A stretch of 64,000 nt of DNA from Schizochytrium sp. TIO01 (GCA_004764695.1 SMSO01000004.1:868001-932000); one strand, 5' to 3'. Positions 22,588-35,700 are shown, counted from the stretch's first letter. Notes: a model not told the origin generated them from the sequence alone. Made by a program: numbers and translations.

Positions 22588-24199
22588 CTTCTATAGTATC
22601 TGAGTGAGTGGTTCGCGCAAACTTAATTTAGTTACAGGTTTCGTGCTTTACGCTTAAATATGCTTGAGAGTTTTGGGTTTGCTGACCAAGTGAGTAAAGG
22701 ACACCTCGAAGCCTTTTGAAAAAAAAAACAAAAAATATCCATGTTTACGACTAATGGCATACCGGAACACTTCGTGACAGGAATTCACCGTTTGCATTAA
22801 TCTTGGCAAGTTGTACGATAAATAAACTGCAAAGTATCGACTTTCTTGCTGGGCCAAATTCAGCTTTCGTGTTCAGAACTCATTATTGAGTCCTATAGTT
22901 TTTATTAGAGTTTGGACCCTTTTTTTTCACTTTTTTTCTTTGTATAATAAGCAGGATCTAATGTAGTATATATTTTTTTAATTACGTTGAGCTAAAGCTC
23001 TCATCGCTCAGCAAACTTAATGCAGTAAACCTATCTTGAAATAAGCACTCCTTGAGATTTCATGGGAGTGAACTCAAGCCCATTCTCACTTTCGCTTATG
23101 CAGTCGTCCAGGCTTTTGGGGTTGTTATAGTCCCGCTTTTTTTTCTTCTTAAAAAATTATATTCCTTCAGCACAACCTTATCTTCTTTAAACAACGATGT
23201 TTACCATATCTGATTTAGCGTATGCAAAAGAGAGGCGAACTTCTTGCAAGTTAACTCTAGAATAGATTAGGTAAATAACACTAGCGTCGGTGTAGCTCTT
23301 GGGTCGTTCCTTCGATATACATTTATCTTTCTATTTTTCAATTTCACCATGTGAGGTGAATCGCAAAAGCCAGCTTTAATAAGACTGAGGGCTTTGAATG
23401 TTCTGAACTATTCAAGGGGGGGCAGCAAAGCCGAATTTAGACATCTTGAACCAACTGCGTCCAAAATTAACATACCTTTATTACATAACATAGATACACT
23501 TGCACGAGCATTCAGCATGAACAGAACTTGTTCCAAGGCTATGAAGAATGTCCGCAAAATTGTCTCCATGAAAGGAAGAGCCTCAACAACTCTTCCTCAA
23601 TCTATACTGGAGCATGGAAATCCTGCTTCTAAGCCACATTATTCAAAAACCGAAGGTCATCAAAATGTTGATCTATCTATATCAGAATTTCCAATAGATG
23701 ATACCGTGGGGCAATATTCGTTGAAATGGAGTTCCATACACTCCGACACCAAATCACAAGCCACTGAATGCAGGATAGCTTCTCCTTGGTATGATTTTGA
23801 AAATTGTGACGACTGCATGACGAGGAAAACTACACAAGTTTTATGCAATTGCCAATGTTTGATCTTTGTTCTAAGTGAATATATGCTCAACATCTTAAAT
23901 GTTGCCGTATACATTATAGCTTCATCCATCAAGAACCTGAGATGTCATTGCTTAGCTCGTAAAGCTAATTAGATTATTTAGCGTTTTTAAGTTTCCATTA
24001 AAATCAAGCAATAAATAAAGACACGTATTAATGATTCCATTCTCATGAACCTAACCAGAATTAAACAACGCGTTGCTATTATAACACAATAATTCTACGG
24101 TTAGCTCTTTTTCAAAAAGTGACTACCCGTTTGGCTTTTCTGTACAATTCTAGAAGTAGAATTCGAAGTATATCCTTACAAATATTTATAGAGACTAAA

Positions 24200-25010
24200 T
24201 CATACTTCCGCCGGCGATTCGAAAGCGCCAGCGGTTGCCTTCCCATCTACATGCTCTGCCTCTGGTGTAGGCTCAGAAGTTTTGATAATGAGTTGTAATG
24301 TAGCAGCAACGAGGGAAAAGAAAGCACCAATGATTGCAGCTGCAAAGCCAAGACCATAGTGAACATTGTCATTCAAAATTCCAACAACGTAGGCGGTTCT
24401 ATTCTCAGAGGAAAAAGAAGAGCTGGATTCTTCAATGTTAGGAAGAAGGAATTCCTGACTTGCCCGACATGAGTCCAGAGTAATAGTCCCATGTCAAAGC
24501 CACCGCAAACTGTGCGATTAAAAGAATACCACCGATTACAAAGCAGGCAGCCGAAATAAGACGCAGTACTTTGTTTGTTGGCCCTGCCCAGGGGGTTGCC
24601 ATTGCAATATTATAAATTGCAGCAGGGGTGAGAAACAGGACGGCAAATATTGCTAGGAGGAAAATAGCAAGCGCGTGGGGAGGGTATTGGAACTTGCCAT
24701 CTTCCTTCGTGCAGAATCCATACGCTCCGAAATAATCGTAAGCCGCGCCATCGTCCATCAATCGAAGGGTTGAGGAACACGCATCATCTGTTATATCGTT
24801 TGATGTGTAAGCAAATGCAGGAATTACAACTCCCAAAATATCGATGTTTCCGTTCATGGCGGAAAACCAGATCGGAGAGGTTGAAAAACTCGGGAGTGTG
24901 AAGCTGTTATCAACAGAAAACGATCCTTGTACCCACGTTTTGCTCACAAGAGAGATAATGGAGAAGGTCCAGGCAATAATGGTCACAATAGCTGCAAGTA
25001 GTTCCATCAT
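24200..25010 (-). CDS. Four-TM claudin/PMP22-like membrane protein, paralog 2, with +1 frame break near 24450 (pseudogene or assembly error)
   Basis: Shares TSPIW, ACSS, FGAYGFC..G.FQ.P and AQF.VAL.WDYYS.L.SG..GI with paralog 1. The +1 frame continues LLPNIEE...YVVGILNDNVHYGLGFAAAIIGAFF to a TGA at 24202-24200, matching TM4 of paralog 1 (GIGFAASVLAA). Confidence 0.78.
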
Positions 25011-26146
25011 GGTGCTCTGGTATAGTAACTTGTTTTTATTCGTCTATTTTGTAATTGATTGATTGCAGATCTTGGTTTTGGGATATGTAGTTTGTTTTAA
25101 TTGACCTCCGTAGTTTGGTGTTTGCTGACAAATTGTTGGGCAACCAGTTCGTCAAAACGAGATGCAGCAAAGCTAGATAATCTCCATATGGTGTTCAGTC
25201 AAATATTCCTATGTAAACTTTCATCTGATCTGAATGAAGAGGGTACGCCTACATCTCATCTAGGTAGCATGAGTTTCAGTTACTCGTGAAAAGGTTTCCA
25301 ATAAAAGACTTGCTTTAATGATTTAATATTATATATATTTATACAATATTTCCTGTAATTTTTTTATTAAAAATTTTTTTCTCTCTAAGATGTTTGACAC
25401 ACTTTGGGACTTTTACGAATCCATGTTTCAGTTTTCCAGAAGAGCGGGTTTGAAGAGACTAAATTGGTTTTCAGAGTCAGGACAAGCGCAACCTTTGACC
25501 GCAGCTGAGGGTGTAGACATGTAAGGTAAGTACTCAGAGTCAATGTTCTGAATTCTTATTTCGAGATAGTTACACATTGGGAAAAATTTATATAATGAAT
25601 TCAATGAGATGGAAAAGAGAGAAGTAAGAGCGAAAATGGCCAGCGGCCAACTGAAGTCGGTACATCTCGAAACGAATTGAATCATGATGTCTGACTAGCG
25701 TCACAGCGCGACTGAAATTTGGCCCTACAGCACATCACATTCATGAAGTTTCAGACCTGTTAAAAAATCCCTGTGCCGCGCACCGGATGTAGCATCTTGT
25801 GAGGTACAAGGATGCTGAAAGACAAGATTTACCAAGTCGAATCGAAAGGGTTGAAGACCAAATCCATCCTTTCGACTTGAAGGTCTGACTGAATATATCG
25901 CTCAATTTGCAGAAGCAATACACCAGAATTCGTTGGAAAATTAGCTCATAATCATTATTGATAGTATGTTTAAAATGGTAAACGTCTGGGCATAGAAGGC
26001 TACTGTCTAATTGCTTTTACGCTGGGATATTCAGTTGGTGACCAAAAATGGCAAGACTTTCTTCTGCGGGTCTCACCAAGACAATGACACATTCTAATAA
26101 GAACACGATTTAAGGTTTTGGGATTTCGTAACCTATTGGTACTGAG

Positions 26147-29100
26147 TTAAGCCTCAGAGTTCCCCTCCTGCGCGTTCCACAGAGCAGCATAGGCTCCATC
26201 ATGTTTTGCAAGAAGCTCATCATGCGTACCCTGTTCGACAGGAACGCCGTGAGAGAAAACAACAATTTTATCAGCATTCTGGATTGTTGTGAGACGATGC
26301 GCGACTACAAGAGTTGTGGCCTGGAGATCATCGATCATCGTGTCGAGAGCGTCCTGAACAACACGTTGTGATTCGTTATCAAGAGCACTTGTAGCTTCAT
26401 CAAGAAGCAAAATCTTAGGACGGCGCATGAGGCATCGTGCCAAGCAGATGCGCTGACGCTGACCACCACTTAGCTGACTTCCTTGCGGCCCGACATCAGT
26501 TTGGTAACCATCAGGAAACTGCATAATGAAATCATGTGCGTTCGCCTTCTTTGCGGCTGCCTCGACCATCTCTTGGGTTACAATGACGTTTTCACCGTTA
26601 CCATCCGGTCCAGCTGGGATACCATAGGCGATATTCTCAAATACTGTAGTTGCAAAAAGCTGTCCCTCTTGCTGCACATAACCAATCTGCTGGCGAACCC
26701 ATGCCACATTAGCATCCTTAGTTTCTACGCCGCGGATTTTTACGGAGCCACCAGTTGCATCGTAAAAACGTTCTACTAAGCTGATACAAGTAGATTTACC
26801 GGAGCCCGATGCACCAACCAAGGCTACAGTTGTGCCGCCCTTAATGTGCAAAGTCATGTCGTCATAGATGAGTGCATCCGGACGGGTAGGGTAGGCAAAT
26901 GTGATGTTGTCAAAGGTAATATCATTTGACGTGACCGCCTCTTCCTTGAGACCCGACGTGTCTTCGGGGTTGATTTTGGACTTGCGGTCAATTACGCTAA
27001 ACACGTTGCTTACACCAACGCTAGCTTTGGCAACATCTGGTGCCATCGCAGCAGACTGGCCCATACCAAAGCCAACCATCAAAATCGTCATAATAGACGT
27101 AAAGACGTCGAGAAAGGTGTAGCCCTTGTACTCAATGAGACGAGCTGCATAAAAGAATGCAATGGCATAGACGGCAAAAATCACAGCTTGAGAGAATCCA
27201 AAACCAAACCCAGCACTTAGACCCTTCTTAATTCCGAGCTTAGAAGGTCCAACAAGGAACTCATCGTAAAGTCCAACAACACGAGTGCGCAAATTAAAGG
27301 CGGTGACGGTACGAATGCCATAGATGGCCTCGGTGAGTACCTGACTAGCATCTGACAAGGCTTTGTCGTCCTCCTTAGCAAGACCGCTCATAACCATCAT
27401 CTGCATTGCTGCACCAATCACGATAAGGGGCAACATTGCAATCAACACGAGAGTGAGCTGCCAGCAGTAGAAGAAGGAAATAATGATTCCAGCAACGGCC
27501 GTTACAGAGTTCATCACAGCAAGACCGAGACGATCTGTGATGCTCGCTTTCACCACAGAGGCGTCAGTGGCAAGTTTTGAAGTCAAACCTCCAACACTGT
27601 TCTTGCGTTCATCGTAATATCCAATTTCCTGTCGCAACAAAGCCTGGAAGAGCTCAGCACGAACGCGTGAAGTCATACGCTCACCAATGATTCCAAAAAA
27701 GGTAAACTGGCCCCAATAGCAAATTCCGGTAGCAACAGCAAGACCAATGAAGCAGAAAATGTATGTGTGAGACTTCTCTGTCACAAGATCTTGAGACGGA
27801 AAGTAGTACACAGTTGCAATACCGGAAAAGATGATACCAAAAGCAGGCATGATGGCGCCGTTCACAAGGGCAGAAAGAACAGCAGGAATGTAGAGTGCTT
27901 TTTCCGGCTTACTATAGGCGAACAGGCGACTTGTCGAAACCTTGTAGACATCTTCCTTCTTCTTCTTCTTACCGAAACAACCTTTGGCCTCTTCCTCTTC
28001 GGGTCCACTTTCAAGGTCTGCCTCATCTTCCTCTCGAGCTACTGGAAGGGAAGCTGCTGAGCGGCCCAGCCTATCCTTACCATGTGCGCTCTGAGAGCGA
28101 CTCTTTTCGTGGTACATTCCGCTTCCCTCGCGATAAGGGGCCTCTTCTGGCTCACTTGAATTACTGATGTGCGACCCGAAACGCTGTTGCAACTCCTCGT
28201 CTTTCTCCATCACCTTTTGGATGTCAACTTCTCCACTTCCGTCGCCATGACCGTGTTCCTGAGAGCGAGTAGCTGCTGCGACCAGAGCGGAATACATGCC
28301 ATCTAACTTCAAAAGTTCAGAGTGAGAGCCTTGCTCCAGAACTCCACCAGCATTTGCACCAAGAACTACAATCTTGTCTGCGGTGCGAACAGTGGAGAGG
28401 CGGTGGGCAATAACCACAGTTGTACGACGACGTTTCCGCAAGAGCTCATCAAGAGCATGTTGAACAATACGTTCGGACTCCGAGTCAAGAGCTGAGGTTG
28501 CTTCATCGAGAATTAAGGTGTTGGGATCACGAATGATGGCCCGGGCAATGGCGATACGTTGCTTCTGACCACCTGAAAGAGTAGACCCACGTTCACCGAC
28601 AAATGTGTCAAAGCCCTCAGGTAAGTCGCTGATGAAATCATAAGCGTTTGCAGCACGTGCAGCGTCTTCAATCATCTGACGTGTGACTGTGACTCCAGGT
28701 GCAGCACCTTGGGCAATATTTTGCGCCACAGAAGTAGCGAAGAGAACAGGTTCTTGACCAACCAAGCCAATCTGCGCACGAAGTGATGCCACATTGAATT
28801 CACGAATGTCCTTGCCATCAAGAAGAATTCTGCCAGCTTCCGGATCGTAGAAGCGCATCATAAGCTGAGTCACTGTACTCTTTCCGCAACCAGAACCACC
28901 AACGAGAGCAGTCGTTTTGTTTGGCTCAATGTCGAGATTCAGTCCATTAAAGATGATAACCTCTTGACGAGCAGGATAGCGAAAGGTGACATTATCAAAA
29001 CGGTAGAGACCAACAAGCTTGCTAGTCTCTACCTCTTCGCCAGGAGTACCGCTAGAGTCAATTTCAGGTTCACGATCGATCACCTGGAAAATTTTACCAG

Positions 29101-30607
29101 CTGCAGCACGTGCGTTCGTGAGGGATGACATGCTCGGAGCGGCCTGACCAATTGCCATAGAACCAATGATGATGGAAAAAAAACAAGCCAAAATGTCACC
29201 ACCATTAATGCAGCTTACTGTAGCATCAGCGTAATTGCAACCACAATCGCAGGCAGAACATGAGCACACATCTGCAGCCGTATTGAGTGTGAAGACATCT
29301 ACATAGTCGGCAAATTGGCAACCAATCGCAAGACCTTGATTGTATGTCAGAGGGACATTAGTCTGGCAATAGCCCTGGTAAACAGGGTCCACACGAGATG
29401 CATCATATGGATAACGTGCAGCGGCAGTATCCTGGTCATCGAAAACAATCTTGGTACCAAACCAAAAAGCGAGCGCGTAGCAGAGGAAGTAAACTCCAAA
29501 TGTGAAGCCCATTCCAAAGCCCTGTGCATAGGACTTGCGCACTCCTGCATCCTCAGCATGGCGAAGCTCATTGTTGTACCGAGCGACGGTGCGTTTTTCG
29601 ATGGAGTATGACTGGACAGCGCGAATGAGAGAAAATGCTTCCTCGGCTACTGCTCCAGCGCGGGCATAAGCTCCCAGGCCACCGCTAGTTGCCTCGGCCA
29701 TGAACTTCATCATCATAAATCCACCAAAGGCAAGAAGGGGTGACACAGCCAAAACGACAAGAGTGAGCTTCCAACTATTAACGAAGGCAATGACGTAACC
29801 AGCCAAAAACATGGCCGCAAACTGAAAGCCTGCACCAAGCTTCTCTCCAAGACCCTCCCGGATAACAACTGTATTCTCAGCAATCTTGCTCGAAAGCTCA
29901 CCAGGGTTCGAAGTATCAAACCAGCTAACCTCCTGGCGCAGAATTGAGGCCAGGTAGAGTTTACGAATGCGAAGGGTCATGCGCTCACTCATGATGGTGA
30001 AGAACGCAACCTGACCAAAACCACAGACAAAACTGCCTGCCGTGATATAGGCAAAAATTTTAGCATATTTGGCACCTGCAGCAAGGGTGTCAGTTCCATT
30101 GAAGTCATCAACTAGACCACCAAGGATGAGCGAGAACACCGGGAAAACTACGCCAGTTCCAATGCCACAAATACTTCCTGCTATTAGCAGCATTATATCC
30201 GTGGACTCTGCATATTTGAACAGTCCTGGGATAGACACTGCGGGTGCATCTGCGTCCGGCAGGTCTTCGTTCTCCTCCTTCTTCTTGCCAAAGAGTGTTG
30301 TAAAGAACCAGTTTTTATCATTCTCTGGTGCATCCGGCATTTTCTTTGGTGCCGACGGTGCAACTTTCTTTTCATTGCTCGCGCTCATGTCTAGGACAGT
30401 CTCATCCTTAGAAACGCTTTCGTTCGCAGGTTTCACGTTAGCTTCGGCCATCTTAGCATCCTTTGCATGCGCTAAGTTCTCTGCGGCTTCGGCGACCTCC
30501 ACGGCGTGCTCCGGTGTCACTGCCGCTTGCACAGGTGCTGGTGGGGGTACAGGCCCCACGGCAGGCACCGCCGGCACATTGCCGGCCTTGCCGTTCTCCG
30601 CAGACAT
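26147..30607 (-). CDS. Full-length ABCB (MDR/P-glycoprotein) exporter
   Basis: TMD-NBD-TMD-NBD. Walker A GGSGCGKS and GASGSGKS, signatures LSGGQKQRI and LSGGQRQRI, LDEATSALD twice, AHRL twice; first ATG at 30607. Confidence 0.97.
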   Translation of the reverse strand: MSAENGKAGNVPAVPAVGPVPPPAPVQAAVTPEHAVEVAEAAENLAHAKDAKMAEANVKPANESVSKDETVLDMSASNEKKVAPSAPKKMPDAPENDKNWFFTTLFGKKKEENEDLPDADAPAVSIPGLFKYAESTDIMLLIAGSICGIGTGVVFPVFSLILGGLVDDFNGTDTLAAGAKYAKIFAYITAGSFVCGFGQVAFFTIMSERMTLRIRKLYLASILRQEVSWFDTSNPGELSSKIAENTVVIREGLGEKLGAGFQFAAMFLAGYVIAFVNSWKLTLVVLAVSPLLAFGGFMMMKFMAEATSGGLGAYARAGAVAEEAFSLIRAVQSYSIEKRTVARYNNELRHAEDAGVRKSYAQGFGMGFTFGVYFLCYALAFWFGTKIVFDDQDTAAARYPYDASRVDPVYQGYCQTNVPLTYNQGLAIGCQFADYVDVFTLNTAADVCSCSACDCGCNYADATVSCINGGDILACFFSIIIGSMAIGQAAPSMSSLTNARAAAGKIFQVIDREPEIDSSGTPGEEVETSKLVGLYRFDNVTFRYPARQEVIIFNGLNLDIEPNKTTALVGGSGCGKSTVTQLMMRFYDPEAGRILLDGKDIREFNVASLRAQIGLVGQEPVLFATSVAQNIAQGAAPGVTVTRQMIEDAARAANAYDFISDLPEGFDTFVGERGSTLSGGQKQRIAIARAIIRDPNTLILDEATSALDSESERIVQHALDELLRKRRRTTVVIAHRLSTVRTADKIVVLGANAGGVLEQGSHSELLKLDGMYSALVAAATRSQEHGHGDGSGEVDIQKVMEKDEELQQRFGSHISNSSEPEEAPYREGSGMYHEKSRSQSAHGKDRLGRSAASLPVAREEDEADLESGPEEEEAKGCFGKKKKKEDVYKVSTSRLFAYSKPEKALYIPAVLSALVNGAIMPAFGIIFSGIATVYYFPSQDLVTEKSHTYIFCFIGLAVATGICYWGQFTFFGIIGERMTSRVRAELFQALLRQEIGYYDERKNSVGGLTSKLATDASVVKASITDRLGLAVMNSVTAVAGIIISFFYCWQLTLVLIAMLPLIVIGAAMQMMVMSGLAKEDDKALSDASQVLTEAIYGIRTVTAFNLRTRVVGLYDEFLVGPSKLGIKKGLSAGFGFGFSQAVIFAVYAIAFFYAARLIEYKGYTFLDVFTSIMTILMVGFGMGQSAAMAPDVAKASVGVSNVFSVIDRKSKINPEDTSGLKEEAVTSNDITFDNITFAYPTRPDALIYDDMTLHIKGGTTVALVGASGSGKSTCISLVERFYDATGGSVKIRGVETKDANVAWVRQQIGYVQQEGQLFATTVFENIAYGIPAGPDGNGENVIVTQEMVEAAAKKANAHDFIMQFPDGYQTDVGPQGSQLSGGQRQRICLARCLMRRPKILLLDEATSALDNESQRVVQDALDTMIDDLQATTLVVAHRLTTIQNADKIVVFSHGVPVEQGTHDELLAKHDGAYAALWNAQEGNSEA

Positions 30608-32658
30608 TGTTGGGAGAGCGAGTTCTCGCAATTCTGGATTTGCTTTCAGATTTGCTTCTCCTTCATTTCTTGGCCGCCCAAGCTCAAATTCAAATATTCA
30701 AATACTCCTTTCAAACACTCATCTCAAATACTTTTTTTTTTTTTTTTTAATTATTTAATAGTTATTACTATTTAATTTTAAAAGAAAAACAGGTAAAGAA
30801 AGGGTCCAAACAGCAGAAAGACCGTTCAAAAAGTACCAGTTATTCTTTATTATTCCCAGCGATTTAAACAAGCGAGAAAATGCTTTTACTTTGTCTCTTT
30901 TTTCTTTTTCTTTTTTTTCAAAATTAAAAACAACAAAAAACAACAAAAAATATTACAATTCCATGATCATGATCACATAATCATGGAATAGTAATGATAA
31001 TGATAGTAAACAACTCCAGATCCTCCTCACGGACGATGAGGACAAAGAGTGAAGCAGATGATACCCTATTTATTTACTCCTGCACCCTTGAGGTTTCGAG
31101 TTGATTTTTTAATATGTTCTTTACCCTAAAATAACACCATTACTATTCTCATTACAAAACAAAGCTGCCTTGAAGTAACAGTACTTAGGTGCCTATAAAC
31201 GTCTCTGTTTTTTTAGAGCACAGACAAAGTGCGTTGGGAAAAACGACCCCCAGAGGCTATGTTATGGTGTTTGTTAGAGCTCTAGTCACGGCTCTGCGAG
31301 TCCATCGTTTCGAGTCAACCGGTCTATTGTCGATTCTGGGCGCTTTTAAAGCGCCAAAGCGCCAAAGCGCTGCATTCCAGAGCTGCTACTGCCAGTGCCG
31401 AGTCCCATTAAACAGCAGTATCCAATCTTTATTATTTTGGCATTTTCCATCGAACTTGATTGCAAAAGCTTGAAGTTGGTATCTGAATGCACTACCAAGC
31501 TGTTTCTTTCTTTAACTTTTGGTATTATCTGGTTTTATCACGCTACCTCGATTAGAGGGATGCCTAGCTTGAAGCTTGGCACTCCAAAAGAACAGCAAAG
31601 CCGCTCTCTTTCCAGAGAACCAATACTGGGTGCTCAATTTAACCTGCTTTCCTCGATTGGTGTTACGACTTTGTGACTTCCCTTCCCTTCATATGCACCT
31701 CCTGTGTTTCTGTTTTAATATTCTTAAACAATTCTCTTATCAAGTTAGGCTTTTTTTATTTTTTTATTTTTTAAATTAAAGTTTTTCAATAAATTCAATT
31801 TTAAGTTTAAAAAATGAAAATAAATAGAAATAACAAAATCGCCAAAATGCCATCATGAACTCCAAGGTCTTCACCTGCTGATGCTTCAAGGCTATTCAAC
31901 TTTTGCTTCACGGCTCGTGCACCTCCTCAAGAGTCGCAAGAGAGACGCAGAGCAGTAGCGGCACTCTCCTCGATCCCAGGTTCCGAGGCTCTCTCCGCCA
32001 AACACGGTGCAAGTAAGCATGTAAGTAAGTTCAAAGCAGCTTGAAGAACCTGAGTTTGCAAGTAACCACCCTTCGGGGCACCGTGCGCCGCCAGTCTTGT
32101 ATTTATCGCCACCCTTGGAGGAAGGCGCCAAAACGATAATATATTGCACAATCATCGTCGATCGTCCGATGAGAACCGCTAAGCATTCGTCATTCCCTGT
32201 CGGGCAGGCACTGCAATCCCGCCTGGTGACACGAGATGACGACTCCCCAGGAGGGCCTGCCTGAGTCCCTCCCCTCCTCGGCCTGCGCTTCCCAAATCCC
32301 AAGGATCCTCAGAGCTGCCCTGCCTGATTGCTCACGCGAAACCTTGTGCATCAGGCCGTTCGTTCTTTTGGCGAATTGGAACGAATCAGACTGAGGGCGC
32401 TCTTCACTTTACTTTACTTTGTGAGTTTGCTTGCTCGTTCAATCTGAGGTCTCGAGGCAAAATGCATCTGTGTAAGCAAAAGAGTCCAACTATATGTGTG
32501 TGTCTGCATTTATGCATTAATTCATTTATGCATTTATGCATTTATGATCTAAGAATGAAGCTTCTCCGTTCGCCCTCATCCGCAGATTGAACTGATTAGC
32601 GGCGGAAAGTTTCAAGTTCAAGTTCGGCTCTGCCGACTATGGGCTCATGTTCCACAGA

Positions 32659-32799
<141 letters not shown>

Positions 32800-35700
32800 G
32801 GGCGCTCAGCTCCTTTTTAATAATTAGGGGGACTGACTGTCTGTCTCCTCTCTCGCCTGTCCTACGAGCTAGCTAGAGTAAAGTAAGTACCTGTGCCTTT
32901 CAAGTTTGTATGCATACATATAGTGGTATCATATTGGTAGTTTGGTTTTTGCATTATCTTCTTCTTCTTTAGGTATCAACGAAGCAGCAAAAACGCAGCG
33001 CTTGACAGGGCACTGAAGGCGGCTGTGGGGGGTTTCGACAAACCGACCGACAGACAGAGACTGATCTGTAGGCACGGCATCTATTTATCTATCTATCTAT
33101 GTCCACTCAAGATCAGATGTGGCCTCGCTATGAGATGTGGTCCTCCCAACAGCCGCTCGTGTCCCCTCTGCGGGAGGAAAGAAACGAAGGAGGCTGCCCT
33201 CCTCAAAGCCAGGCCCCTCAGTCCTGCGGCGCCAGTCTCGCCCACTGCACCCTTGCTTCCCTGCCGGAGACGGATGCCGTTTCGCGGGATCCCGCAGCGC
33301 TTGTGAGGGGCGTCCCTCTTTGCGGGGCCATTTCCTCCGCATTAATACCCCACATTCCCCATTTCGCCCCGCAGCGCCGCTGCCCTGCTTTCTTTTCTCT
33401 CCTCCGCGCGCCTTCACGTTCCTTGGAGCCCTCTCGAAGAACTAAAACAGATTGAGAGCCCCGAAAGCTCTGCGCCGGGCGCCGCTTCGCCTCTCCGGAC
33501 GGTCGAGGCTCGGCCCTGGGCTCTTGATGCGCCTGCCCAGGCCCGCCTGTCGTCCCTGCCGGCATTCAGCCGAGCGAAGTGCCAGAAGGCAGGCTGCCTC
33601 CGGCTGTCTATCTATCATTCGCGTCATGCGAAAGGCCTCCCTTCCGCCTGTCGAGTCTCGCGACAAGACCTCTTCTTCCATGTCGCTCGCGTGGGAACTG
33701 CCACGGCACCGCGACAGAACCTGGCTGTCCATAGGAAGGAGGGAGAGAGGTGGGGCGCGGAGATACCGGACAAGGGCCGTGCCTGTTATTTCCACCGGTT
33801 AGCTAGCAGGCAAGCAATACGGATAAGGGGGTAGTATGGTTCAGTTTTTACTTAAAAGTTCGTGGTTTGTTCTGAGGTTCTTTAATTGTTTTAGAGAATG
33901 GAGATAGGCCTGCAGGAAATAGCTCAAAAAAAAAAGAGTCACATGGTATTTTATATATATTTTATTTTTTTTTATTTAAAAAAAAAATTAAGCATTGGGT
34001 TTTAATTATCTAATTTGGTTTGATTTGATGTTTTGGAGTGGATCGGTGGGATTGGATGGGATTGGATGTGATTGTATCTAAAAGTGCTCCTCGCCGGCCT
34101 GAAGAGAGAGGTTGGTTAAGCGAATGAAAGGGTTTGGAAGACGAAGCGTGGCGATATTGCTGGCAAGGTGGCCAGCAGCAGGGGATTGAAATTTGCGAGC
34201 TAGTCTAGGCACTGCGAAGAATTTTGTTTTGACCACGGCCCGATGCCTTGAGGAGACAGCGAGCTCGCAATGAAATAAGAGTGAAATCGGGAATCGCAGT
34301 GGCGTATAATGATCTGGTGTGAGTGAACTTTAAACTATGGATCAAAGATGCTCAAGTTCGCGAACCCTCCTTATTGTTCAAGTTGGTATCAACTTGAAAA
34401 CAATATGGTCTTTGAGTAGCACTGCTGCCGTAATTCAATCTCGCAGGTATGTCGCGATTGAAACTTTTCGCTGCTTCTATAAAATAACAAATTTAGACCT
34501 TATCCTATCGACCAACCTGCAAATTATGTATTGACATGGTCAGCAACAATCTTGCATTTCACCGGAAAATGCTCAAGTTCTCCAGTAAAATTGAGTGTTG
34601 TAGAGCATGCTTACAAACTGCATTCTTGAAACGACGGAGGCACTTACTTGGAGATCTGCATCATTCAGACAAGGGTCGGTCGACTCGCAGTTTGCACATC
34701 AGCCACATCATAACCAGCGCTGTCCCAAGTTTCGATTCAACTGTGCAGACTCGAACGCGCGTACGAACACGGAATGCTTCACGACAGCGCTTGTAGTGCC
34801 CCACCGCAAGTGGTTTAGCAAATAACAGAGATGAAGTTCCACTCCAGGCTGCCTTATTCATCTGCGACAAGATCTTACTCGACATCTCGCAAATAACCCG
34901 CATGCTTCCCTGAAGATTCTGCAGACAGAGGCTTTGATTTAGAAGTAGCAGGCAATGAATTATACATTCTTTACTGTTACTACTATTGCATTAAGAGAGG
35001 CACCAAAGCAAGTTGTAGTCGATCAAATCGTCATCATTTTGCACATTGCCACGCCCGCTTCCGACTTAGGCTTTGAAGACGTCGTTATCGACGAAAAGGA
35101 TGAGAATCGGAGCCTATCACGAACATCGATCATTCGTAGGACGCAATCAAGGCTCAATGTCCGAGTCATGGCATGCATGCCATTCTTCAAGAATTGAAAC
35201 AGCGACGTTTTTCGATCGAAGACTTTGGTAGAGCGGGTTTTAATCATCTCTGACCTTTCGTTTCTCTGAGTGGTATTGCGCATACCTACCTACAAGACCT
35301 TCCCAGGAATGGGTAGATGATAGATAAATCTCATCGTTGGCAGTCAGCAGAAGTGAGCCTCGCTCACGACAAGACTAACTTCACCCAGTCGCAAATTTGC
35401 TTCATCGATATCTCAGATGCAACTGAAAGCACCTGGTTTGCGGCGAAGAAGGTTGTGCGATCGCTCCTTGAGTGGTCTGGTTTTCAAGCCTGGGCAATAC
35501 TTTTGATTCAAGTTCTTTCTTTTTATACATAGGCCTGGTATAATATAATATATTTATTATATATATATGTATGTATTTTTATTTTTTATTTTTTTTAGAC
35601 ATGGTTTGTTTTTAAAGCTTCAAAGTTAAACGTAAGATGCAAAAATGAATAAAATAATAGTTGAAAATATAAGGAGCTTTCTCTTTCCGTTCTACCTGAT

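Noticed and set aside
23394-23972. 192-aa ORF between the claudin-like paralogs
   Set aside because: TTG start, no motifs, no similarity to the flanking paralogs; I cannot support it as a gene.
25430-25950. Coding-like fragments and a TACTTACCT match to the U1 snRNA 5' end on the minus strand
   Set aside because: The match is just the complement of AGGTAAGTA, no U1-like body follows, and the fragments are unidentifiable.
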